IMG/VR virus record: IMGVR_UViG_3300032296_003821
Span: 30,995 to 94,994 of that record
Source: a virus
Reading direction: 5' to 3' (one strand)
DNA: 64,000 bases
Shown here piece after piece: positions 1 to 7,399 of the stretch. Positions within the stretch are counted from its first letter, which is position 1. The number at the start of each line of letters is the position of its first letter. Below the pieces are notes generated by a model. The model was not told the origin of the DNA. It ran no database searches and saw only the letters and a list, made by a program, of their open reading frames with translations. The position numbers were made by a program, and so were the translations under genes.

Positions 1-1
1 A

Positions 2-97
2 GCAGCTGATCTAGGAGCTGAACTCCCAGGAGCAGAAGCCCCAGCAGCAGAAACCCCACCAGCTGAAACACCAGAAGAAACACCAGCAGAAGCATAA
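2..97 (+). CDS. 3' end of an upstream gene (acidic Ala/Pro/Glu-rich C-terminal tail), partial
   Basis: Frame 2 reads AADLGAELPGAEAPAAETPPAETPEETPAEA*; TAA at 95-97 overlaps the next ATG (TAATG). Confidence 0.7.
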   Translation, partial: AADLGAELPGAEAPAAETPPAETPEETPAEA

Positions 98-1095
98 TGG
101 ATATTTTAGAACAATTTATACGAAGCGTATCTTACAAATTTCCAAAAGGATACCCTGATATGAAGGATCCTAAGGATGTTGAATTTCTTAATAAACTAAT
201 AAGTGAAGTAGTTGATCCTAAAATGGTTATCAACGAACAACAAACCGAATACGATGATCGTATTAAAGAAGCTTTAGGTGTAGAACAAATTCCAATATGT
301 CAAACACCACTTGAGATAGGAAAAGATTTTAATTTAAGTGGAAAAGATGCTGAAATTTGGAAAAAATTATTTGGCGTTAAACCAATAGCAGCCAGAACAG
401 GTAAACAAACCGCTGGATCTGGTAATGGTGAAGTTTCTACATATTGGGCATTTCAATACAACAAAACTGGAAAATTCCAAGTAGAAGATAGACGAGGTGC
501 TGACAACCCAGATTTAATAATCAACAACTTAGGTGTTGAAATTAAAGACTATGGTTCCAAAATGATTACCTTAGGTAAATTTTTTGGTGATAAAAAATCA
601 TATGGTCTTTTAAGTAACTTATTTGGATTCAAAAGCTTACTTGAAGCCCTTAAAGAAAACAAATTCCCAGAAGAATCTACAGCCAACCCAGGAACATTTA
701 AATCTTCTGAATTAGTAGATGCTGCTCGTTTAATGTTAAGTTTCTATAAAGAAGCTAAACTAAAAGAATTTGCTGAAAAATATCAATTTGAAATAGTACT
801 AAACCTATTTAAACGTGTAGAAGCTATTTTAAATGAACTTCAACTTGGTTCAGGTGCATCACCAGAAGATGTAGCTGGTGGTATTTTAAAAACCATGATT
901 AAAACAAAACTTAATAAAAAACCATTAATTGGTCAAGCTAAGGGATATGTTTTAAATGTTAATGTGACTGGTTTAGGAGATTTCGTTGAAATTACAAACG
1001 AAAAAATAGATGCACTTAACAATGAAGATTTGTTAAATAATGTAGCTGTTACTTCATCTGAAATGAAAATGAATTTTGATGCTTTATTCAAATAA
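97..1095 (+). CDS. Putative internal head protein with a PD-(D/E)xK nuclease-like domain
   Basis: N-terminal YKFPKGYPD..LNKLISEV..INE segment, then GSGNGE...NPDLIINNLGVEIKD, resembling a restriction-endonuclease-fold PD..ExK active site. Confidence 0.5.
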   Translation: MDILEQFIRSVSYKFPKGYPDMKDPKDVEFLNKLISEVVDPKMVINEQQTEYDDRIKEALGVEQIPICQTPLEIGKDFNLSGKDAEIWKKLFGVKPIAARTGKQTAGSGNGEVSTYWAFQYNKTGKFQVEDRRGADNPDLIINNLGVEIKDYGSKMITLGKFFGDKKSYGLLSNLFGFKSLLEALKENKFPEESTANPGTFKSSELVDAARLMLSFYKEAKLKEFAEKYQFEIVLNLFKRVEAILNELQLGSGASPEDVAGGILKTMIKTKLNKKPLIGQAKGYVLNVNVTGLGDFVEITNEKIDALNNEDLLNNVAVTSSEMKMNFDALFK

Positions 1096-1096
1096 T

Positions 1097-1975
1097 ATGG
1101 ACAAGACTCGCCTTAAAAAACTCATCCAAGAAGTATATCACCATGTTACAGAAGAAAAATGTAGCTGTGGTTGTAACACTTGTGAAAACGTAGGTAACGC
1201 TGGCGTTATCTTAAACGAAAGTATAGCTCCAAGGGAAATATTATCGGAAAATCTGCGTTATCACGTGGAAAATAAACTCCCACTTACTGAAAATACGTTC
1301 CGATATGGTTCCAAATCGTTTCTTAATTTATGGGCAGAAGCTCGTTCATTGTATTTACGTGAAGTAATTCATGTTAACGATGATGATAAAGAAATTTTAG
1401 AGGAAACTGATCTTGGAAACTATGGAATGTATGAAGGTGTTAAAGTACCTTTAGACTTACCTATGTTAGAGGAAGGTGAAGAAGAATTAAATATAGGAGA
1501 TATCATTGAAATTAACCCTAAAGAATTTCCTAACTTTGAATTCCCATATGGCACTGAAGGTGAAATTGAAGATATAAACAAAGCAGATTACGCTAGTGAC
1601 GATTTAGTCTATACAGTTAAAATCAAATATATTGATAGTCAAGGAGATGAAGCTAATACTTTACATATTGAAAATTCATCTCAATATTTGAATGAAACTG
1701 AGAAAAAGAAAACACCACCAATTGGAAAACCAAAACGTGGTGGATCTAAAAAATTCTACGTTTACGTTAGAGATAAAGGAAAAGTTAAAAAAGTATCTTT
1801 CGGACAAGCAGGTATGTCTGCTAAAATAAATGACCCAAAAGCACGCCGTGCATTTGCTGCTCGTCATGATTGTAAAAATAAAAAAGACAGAACAAAACCA
1901 TCTTATTGGTCATGTCGCTTACCAAGATATGCTAAATTACTTGGATTAAAATCATCTTTTTCAGGATTCTGGTGA
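1097..1975 (+). CDS. Modular hypothetical protein (putative head-packaged polyprotein) with a basic C-terminal domain of a type seen in T4-like phages
   Basis: Likely start ATG 1097 (MDKTRLKKLIQEV), just after the upstream stop. CSCGCNTC motif; segments separated by ILNE/LSE/LEE/YLNE; C-terminal KPKRGGSKKFYVYV..KKVSFG..FAARHDC..YWSCR. Confidence 0.6.
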   Translation: MDKTRLKKLIQEVYHHVTEEKCSCGCNTCENVGNAGVILNESIAPREILSENLRYHVENKLPLTENTFRYGSKSFLNLWAEARSLYLREVIHVNDDDKEILEETDLGNYGMYEGVKVPLDLPMLEEGEEELNIGDIIEINPKEFPNFEFPYGTEGEIEDINKADYASDDLVYTVKIKYIDSQGDEANTLHIENSSQYLNETEKKKTPPIGKPKRGGSKKFYVYVRDKGKVKKVSFGQAGMSAKINDPKARRAFAARHDCKNKKDRTKPSYWSCRLPRYAKLLGLKSSFSGFW

Positions 1976-2382
1976 TGGATAGATTAGATAAACTTATCAA
2001 CGAAGTTCTTTCTGAAGAAAAGAAAAAACGTGACAGATGTCTTCGTATTGCAGACCGCAAATACGACAAACCATCTGCTTACAAATCTGGCGCTGTTGTA
2101 AAATGCCGCAAAGGAATGATTTGGAAAGGCTTAAAAGAAGAAGTTATTCAAGAAAAAGTAAAAGAAACCCTCCGCACTTGGTTCAAACGTAAAGGAACAC
2201 CTGGTAAAAAAGGTGGATGGGTTGATTGTAATGCACCAATCAGAAAAGATGGTAAAGTAACAGGATATAAAGCATGTGGACGTGAAGAAGGTGAAAAACG
2301 TTCAAAATATCCATCATGTCGTCCTACACCTGCTCAATGTAAAACACCTGGTAAAGGTAAAAAATGGGGAAAAACAAAATGA
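1975..2382 (+). CDS. Basic Cys-containing two-module hypothetical protein (putative internal head protein)
   Basis: ATG 1975 overlaps TGA. Leader LDKLINEVLSEE; module 1 DRC..PSAYKSGAVVKCRK; linker LKEEVIQE; module 2 LRTWFK..GGWVDC..CGR..KYPSCRP. Confidence 0.65.
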   Translation: MDRLDKLINEVLSEEKKKRDRCLRIADRKYDKPSAYKSGAVVKCRKGMIWKGLKEEVIQEKVKETLRTWFKRKGTPGKKGGWVDCNAPIRKDGKVTGYKACGREEGEKRSKYPSCRPTPAQCKTPGKGKKWGKTK

Positions 2383-2624
2383 TTAGTTTATTAGAGTTAT
2401 TGAAACAACAGGAATCACCTGAATCTCCACCTTACATGTATTCACCTGTGGGGTTTGGATGCCATGTTTGTAAATTTTATTATATGGAAGACGACAAACA
2501 TATGTGCGGCAATTCATATTACAAACATTATATGAAAACTAATGAACTTATAGATGAAGAAGGAAATCAAATTAAAGATCCTTCAAAATGGTGTTCAAAT
2601 TGGTTTTTACCAAAAGATGAATGA
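2379..2624 (+). CDS. Small 4-Cys metal-binding protein (HiPIP-like spacing)
   Basis: ATGA overlap at 2379 (MISLLELLKQ); CHVCKFY...HMC...KWCSNWF. Confidence 0.5.
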   Translation: MISLLELLKQQESPESPPYMYSPVGFGCHVCKFYYMEDDKHMCGNSYYKHYMKTNELIDEEGNQIKDPSKWCSNWFLPKDE

Positions 2625-2881
2625 GACCCTATATAGACATAGAAGTTACTGACAAATATATTATTCGCGAATTTAGCGAAAATATAGACCCAATTGAACT
2701 ATTATGGCATCGTGATGATGAAGATAGAACAGTTGAAATCCTAGAAGATACAGACTGGAAACTCCAATTAGAAGATCAGTTGCCTACCTCCCTAAAAGAA
2801 CGTATATTTATACCAAGACACGAATGGCATAGAGTCATTAAAGGAACTGGTACTTTAAAATTAAAAATACATAAATCATGA
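2621..2881 (+). CDS. Cupin-fold protein
   Basis: WHRDDEDR...IFIPRHEWHRVIKG matches cupin motifs 1 and 2. Confidence 0.65.
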   Translation: MRPYIDIEVTDKYIIREFSENIDPIELLWHRDDEDRTVEILEDTDWKLQLEDQLPTSLKERIFIPRHEWHRVIKGTGTLKLKIHKS

Positions 2882-3147
2882 AGCTAGACGGCTTAAAACA
2901 ATTGGTAAAAGAAGAACTTAAACGTGCTTTAAATGAAGAACTTAAAGACCAAGTTCCTACTGAACCTGGAAAATATAAAGTAGAATATACTATTGATGGT
3001 GGTTCAGGTGGTGATGATGAAATAGTAACTATCACTCAAGAAGATATAGATAATGCTGAGGGCTCAACAAAAATATGGCAATATAAAATTGATAACCATC
3101 TTTTTGGACGTGGTGATAGAGTAATGAGTGTTAAAAAAATAACATAA
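2878..3147 (+). CDS. Hypothetical protein with a shared N-terminal tag (putative internal head protein)
   Basis: MKLDGLKQLVKEELKRALNEE is nearly identical to the N-terminus of ORF 49962. Confidence 0.6.
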   Translation: MKLDGLKQLVKEELKRALNEELKDQVPTEPGKYKVEYTIDGGSGGDDEIVTITQEDIDNAEGSTKIWQYKIDNHLFGRGDRVMSVKKIT

Positions 3148-3148
3148 A

Positions 3149-3877
3149 ATGAATAAAGAAACTTTACGTATGCAAATGTTGGCTGGTATTATTACAGAGA
3201 GTCAATATAAAGAAAAAATGAATGAAAATAATGTTGGGAGTGTTGATGTTTCTCTAGTAAAAGATTTAATGAATGATCCCAATGTTAAAAAAATAACTGC
3301 TAAACTTAAAGCGGATCCTGAAGCACTTAAAAAAACCATTAAATTTGTTTCAACATATGCTAATAAAGAAGTCCCATTAAATGAAAATGATAAAATAACT
3401 AATTTAATGATGCAAAAACTAGCAGTAGATGAAATTCCATGGAAAGAATTTGTTAAAAAGGGAGATATATTATACTTAGGTGATAAACCTCTTGAATCTT
3501 ACACAACAGAAGAATTAGCTAGTTTAATTAAAGCTTCTCGAGCTGATAAAGAAGCTCAAACAGCAGCAGAAAAAGCAAGAGAAGAAAAAGCAAGAGAAGA
3601 GGCTAAAAAACAGCTTCAAATGAATAAAAAAGATAAATTATATTCTATTGCTAGTTGGTTAGGATTTCCTGCTCTTTTAGGATCAATGATGGCTGGATTT
3701 GTAGATTCTGCTGCACCCGGAGGAGTAGTGTTAGTAAGTGCTTTAACGGCGGCATTGCTTGGTTTAGGAGTTGGAGCTCTTGCTACTAAAGGATTTAAAG
3801 AAAAAGTATTACATGAAGAAGATATGAGTATTGAAGACCAAATTCAAAAAATTATTGATTTAGGAAAATCAATGTAA
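3149..3877 (+). CDS. Hypothetical protein with a scaffold-like N-terminal motif and a C-terminal hydrophobic hairpin
   Basis: LRMQMLAGII matches the scaffold C-terminus LRMQKLAGLL; two hydrophobic segments at about aa 165-212. Confidence 0.6.
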   Translation: MNKETLRMQMLAGIITESQYKEKMNENNVGSVDVSLVKDLMNDPNVKKITAKLKADPEALKKTIKFVSTYANKEVPLNENDKITNLMMQKLAVDEIPWKEFVKKGDILYLGDKPLESYTTEELASLIKASRADKEAQTAAEKAREEKAREEAKKQLQMNKKDKLYSIASWLGFPALLGSMMAGFVDSAAPGGVVLVSALTAALLGLGVGALATKGFKEKVLHEEDMSIEDQIQKIIDLGKSM

Positions 3878-3927
3878 TATATAGACAGATTCATAGCCTG
3901 TCGACTTAAAAAAAAATTAATAGAGCT

Positions 3928-3961
3928 GTGGCCTAATCTTTGGATTAGGTCACTTTTTTTT
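3928..3961 (+). terminator. Rho-independent terminator
   Basis: GTGGCCTAATC-tttg-GATTAGGTCAC stem followed by T8. Confidence 0.8.
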
Positions 3962-3970
3962 GTATCTTTA
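3939..3970 (+). promoter_or_regulatory. Bacteroidota-type host-sigma (early/middle) promoter
   Basis: TTTG (3939) - 20 nt - TATCTTTA (3963), resembling the Bacteroidota -33 TTTG / -7 TAnnTTTG consensus; same spacing at 39321, 61072 and 62826. Confidence 0.6.
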
Positions 3971-3985
3971 AATATAAAATAGAAT

Positions 3986-5281
3986 ATGGACAAGAAAATA
4001 GTAATAGTAGGAGCCGGAGTAGCAGGTGTGAATGCGGCAACAAAATTAGTGGATAACGGTTATCCTGGAGAATTAATCACAGTAATTGATATGGGTAAAG
4101 ATCCATACAAACGTAAACCTGAAGAAGTAATGACAGGTTTTCTTGGTGCTGGAGGTTGGTCAGATGGTAAATTGACTTATCATACTGCAATTGGAGGACA
4201 GTTATCAAAATACTGTGGTGATGATAAAGCAATGGAATTGATGGATCAAGTGATTACCAATTTCAAACGTTTTCACCCTAAACCTGAAGAAGTACAATGT
4301 TCAAACCCTGTTGAGGAACCTGAATTTATCAAACCATATTTTGGTCTACGTTTATTCCCAGTATGGCACGTTGGAACAGATTATCTATCTGAAATTGCTA
4401 AAAACTGGTACGATTATTTAGTATCTAAAGGTGTTGTATTTCATTGGGAAACTAAAGTAGAATCTATTGATTTTAAAAATAACCGAGCTTACACACATAA
4501 TGCTGATATCACATATGATGAACTTATTTTCGGTGTAGGCAAATCAGGTATTGACTTTGCTCAAGAATTAGCCCAAGAATATAAACTCCCAGATGAACCT
4601 AAATCAGTTCAAATCGGAGTACGTTTTGAAGCACCACAAGAACACTTTCAAAAACTAATCGATATTTCATATGACTTTAAGTTATATAGAAAATTTGATG
4701 ATGAAGGAGTATCGTTACGTTCATTCTGTACAAACAATAATGCCGCTTATGTTGCTGTAGAAGAAACATATGGAGATCACAGTTACAATGGTCACGCTAA
4801 GAAAGATGAAGCGTATAGAAACAACATGACTAACTTCGGTATATTGATGGAAATCAATGGTATTGAAGATCCATTTACTTGGTCACGAGAAGTTGTAAAT
4901 AAACTACAATCAAATGGAACTGGTTTGTATTATAGTCCATCTCGTCAACCATCTACTACATCTGAAGGTAATAATGTAACTGCTACTCAAATTAGTTTAG
5001 ATACATTAACTCATGTTGTAGAACCTGCTATGGGTGGTTATTTTAAGTATGTAATGGATTTTATTATGGATATGAAAAAAGTATTTCCAACACTGCAAAA
5101 TGATTGGGGTATGTATATTCCTGAAGTAAAATACTTGTCACCTGAAGTGAAAGTAGATTATAGTAATCTTAGTTTAGTAGATTATCCTAACGTACATTTC
5201 GTAGGTGATGCTTTGAGTGCACGTGGTATTACAGTGTCAGGAGCGCAAGCAATTTATGTAGCAGAAAGTTTTTTAAAATAA
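3986..5281 (+). CDS. FAD-dependent oxidoreductase (COG2509-like uncharacterised dehydrogenase)
   Basis: IVIVGAGVAG Rossmann motif; GFLGAGGWSDGKL; IGVRFE; RSFCTN; C-terminal HFVGD..ARGI. Confidence 0.8.
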   Translation: MDKKIVIVGAGVAGVNAATKLVDNGYPGELITVIDMGKDPYKRKPEEVMTGFLGAGGWSDGKLTYHTAIGGQLSKYCGDDKAMELMDQVITNFKRFHPKPEEVQCSNPVEEPEFIKPYFGLRLFPVWHVGTDYLSEIAKNWYDYLVSKGVVFHWETKVESIDFKNNRAYTHNADITYDELIFGVGKSGIDFAQELAQEYKLPDEPKSVQIGVRFEAPQEHFQKLIDISYDFKLYRKFDDEGVSLRSFCTNNNAAYVAVEETYGDHSYNGHAKKDEAYRNNMTNFGILMEINGIEDPFTWSREVVNKLQSNGTGLYYSPSRQPSTTSEGNNVTATQISLDTLTHVVEPAMGGYFKYVMDFIMDMKKVFPTLQNDWGMYIPEVKYLSPEVKVDYSNLSLVDYPNVHFVGDALSARGITVSGAQAIYVAESFLK

Positions 5282-5286
5282 AAGTT

Positions 5287-5817
5287 ATGAGAATAGGATT
5301 TTGTGGAACAATTTCAGTTGGTAAAACAACATTAGTTAATGCATTAAGAGAATTACCTGAATTTGCTGATTATGAATTTAGAACAGAGCGTTCAAAATAC
5401 TTACGTGATTTAGGTATTCCATTAAACACTGACTCAACATTAAAAGGTCAATTTGTATTTTTGGCTGAACGTTCAAGTGAATTATATTTAGAAAATGTAA
5501 TTACTGATCGTACTGTTATTGATGTAATGGCATTTACGCGTTTAGCTGATTCAATTCCATATTATATAGGTGATACATTAAACGAAGTTGCTGCTCATTT
5601 ATTGCGCGAATATGACTATATTTTCTATGTTTCACCTGAGGGTGTTGAATTAGAAGATAATGGAGTGCGTGCTATAGATGAAAAATATCGAATGGAAATT
5701 GACCAAGAGATTTGTAAAATTATCGAGAAACATAAAACTAAAATCCCTCATTTCTCCAGATTATCAGGTACTACCGAGGAAAGAATCAAGAAATTGAAAC
5801 AAGTAATGGGTCTCTAA
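5287..5817 (+). CDS. P-loop nucleoside/nucleotide kinase-like ATPase (AAA_28 / NadR-type)
   Basis: GTISVGKTT Walker A; ITDRTVID; YDYIFY; LEDNGVR. Confidence 0.75.
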   Translation: MRIGFCGTISVGKTTLVNALRELPEFADYEFRTERSKYLRDLGIPLNTDSTLKGQFVFLAERSSELYLENVITDRTVIDVMAFTRLADSIPYYIGDTLNEVAAHLLREYDYIFYVSPEGVELEDNGVRAIDEKYRMEIDQEICKIIEKHKTKIPHFSRLSGTTEERIKKLKQVMGL

Positions 5818-5829
5818 TATTTATAAATA
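5818..5829 (+). promoter_or_regulatory. Putative late promoter (ATATTTATA motif, palindromic form)
   Basis: TATTTATAAATA, 10 nt before ATG 5840; the motif recurs before structural genes. Confidence 0.6.
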
Positions 5830-5839
5830 AAATTAGACA

Positions 5840-6685
5840 ATGAAAAAATCTCGTTTACTCGAAATCATACGTGAAGAAATTAGTGCTGTTTTACATGAAG
5901 GTGAAGCAGAAGAAAAAGCAGCAAAAGCTGCTGCTATCAAAGCTACAGATTTAGAAATTAAAGCTCTAGAAAAGAAAAAAGCTGACATGATGAAAAGCGG
6001 TGTCGCTGAATCAGAAGAACTTAATGAAATTCCAGATTTCGGTGGTCGATTTGATAAGCAAGTAGCAGCAAAATATGGTGAAGAAGATACACTAGAAGCA
6101 GCTATGGAAAAAGTTGTTAACAGAACACTTTCGGATAGAGGAATATCTAAAGCAGATGTATCTAAAATGGATAAAGAAGGTTTAAAAGGTCTTTTGAAAG
6201 CTATCCGTCAACAAATTTCTGGTAAAGGTCAAACTTCTGCTGTTGCTCAAGCTTTGAAAAAACAAACAGAATTTGATGATTCAGGAAGCAAATTACAAGA
6301 TAACCAAACAAATAATGCTATCTTAAAAGCATTAGGTTTAAAAGAACCAGGACAACGTGGTAGAAAAGCTGCTGAAAAACCTGCTGAAGCACCTAAAGCT
6401 AAAAAAGAAACAACTCCAAAAGCAGCATCTAAAGCAGAACCTGCAGATGATGAAGATGCAGCAGCAACAAAAGCAGCAGCTAGCGATTCAACAGCAAAAG
6501 AATTAGCTTCTACCCCAGAAGAAAAGAAAATTAAATTCAATCAATTCCTAGCTTCAGTTAAGAAAAATAAAGACGATAAAGCTAAAATTGATGGTATTTT
6601 AAAACTAGCAAAAGATAAATTCAAATTCGCTAAATCAATGATGGACGATTTGAAACGTGCTGCTGGTAGAGAAGTTGAAGCATGA
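5840..6685 (+). CDS. Lys/Ala/Glu-rich helical protein with N-terminal tag (putative internal head protein)
   Basis: MKKSRLLEIIREEISAVLHE leader; further VAE/LNE sites; GQRGRK motif. Confidence 0.6.
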   Translation: MKKSRLLEIIREEISAVLHEGEAEEKAAKAAAIKATDLEIKALEKKKADMMKSGVAESEELNEIPDFGGRFDKQVAAKYGEEDTLEAAMEKVVNRTLSDRGISKADVSKMDKEGLKGLLKAIRQQISGKGQTSAVAQALKKQTEFDDSGSKLQDNQTNNAILKALGLKEPGQRGRKAAEKPAEAPKAKKETTPKAASKAEPADDEDAAATKAAASDSTAKELASTPEEKKIKFNQFLASVKKNKDDKAKIDGILKLAKDKFKFAKSMMDDLKRAAGREVEA

Positions 6686-7047
6686 TCCAAAATAAAACAT
6701 TCCAACTAAAGCTATCCCATCTTATCATAGGTGGGATACTTTTATTGTTACTAGTATTTTTAGTTAAGTGTGATGTTGAAAAACCTACCCCAACTGACAA
6801 ATACGAAAAACAAAAACAGGAAATTGAGCGACTAAGAAACAATATTGAAGTATTGAAATTTGGTCAAAAAGTTTTAAACAAACAACTCGATCAACAAAAT
6901 CACATTGTTGATTCATTGAATATAGAAATTAAACACACCGAAAAAGAGCTACAACAAACACGCACATATTATGGCAACAAAATTAAAGATCTTACTAGTG
7001 CTTCTAATACTGAGCTCGAGCAGTTTTTCTCAGACCGTTACAGATAA
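6682..7047 (+). CDS. Membrane-anchored or lipoprotein coiled-coil protein (spanin-like component)
   Basis: Hydrophobic LIIGGILLLLLVFLVK followed by Cys and a long coiled coil; overlaps the next ORF. Confidence 0.5.
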   Translation: MIQNKTFQLKLSHLIIGGILLLLLVFLVKCDVEKPTPTDKYEKQKQEIERLRNNIEVLKFGQKVLNKQLDQQNHIVDSLNIEIKHTEKELQQTRTYYGNKIKDLTSASNTELEQFFSDRYR

Positions 7048-7399
7048 AATTTGTTTTTCACACGATAAAGCACGAGCTATTGCAATTGACCTTACACGAG
7101 GTGATTCTGCTATTGCTGAATTGAAAGTTGTAAATAAAATGGTATGGCAGTTGAATGAAAAAATTGACGCCAAAGATAGCACAATCAGCATTTACGTATC
7201 TAAAGAAAAAAATTATCTTAAGCAAGTAGCAGACTATGAAAAGATTGTTACTGTACAAGATACTGTAATTAAAGGACTAGAAAAAGACGTTAAAGATCTT
7301 ACTCGCAAAAACGCTAACTTAAAGAAAGGTATTAAATGGTTAGGTGGAGGATTCGTGGCTTCCCTACTTGTTATTCTTACATTGGTGGCAGTTAAATAA
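6971..7399 (+). CDS. Secreted coiled-coil protein with a C-terminal TM anchor (spanin-like component)
   Basis: Signal peptide MATKLKILLVLLILSSSSFS/Q, coiled coil, C-terminal [20 protein letters not shown]. Confidence 0.5.
   Translation: MATKLKILLVLLILSSSSFSQTVTDKICFSHDKARAIAIDLTRGDSAIAELKVVNKMVWQLNEKIDAKDSTISIYVSKEKNYLKQVADYEKIVTVQDTVIKGLEKDVKDLTRKNANLKKGIKWLGGGFVASLLVILTLVAVK

Noticed and set aside
3570-3601. Short tandem repeats (15-bp in ORF 3149; 21-bp Glu/Ser repeats near 15358-15402)
   Set aside because: Simple in-frame slippage repeats in charged linkers; no sign of a regulatory role.
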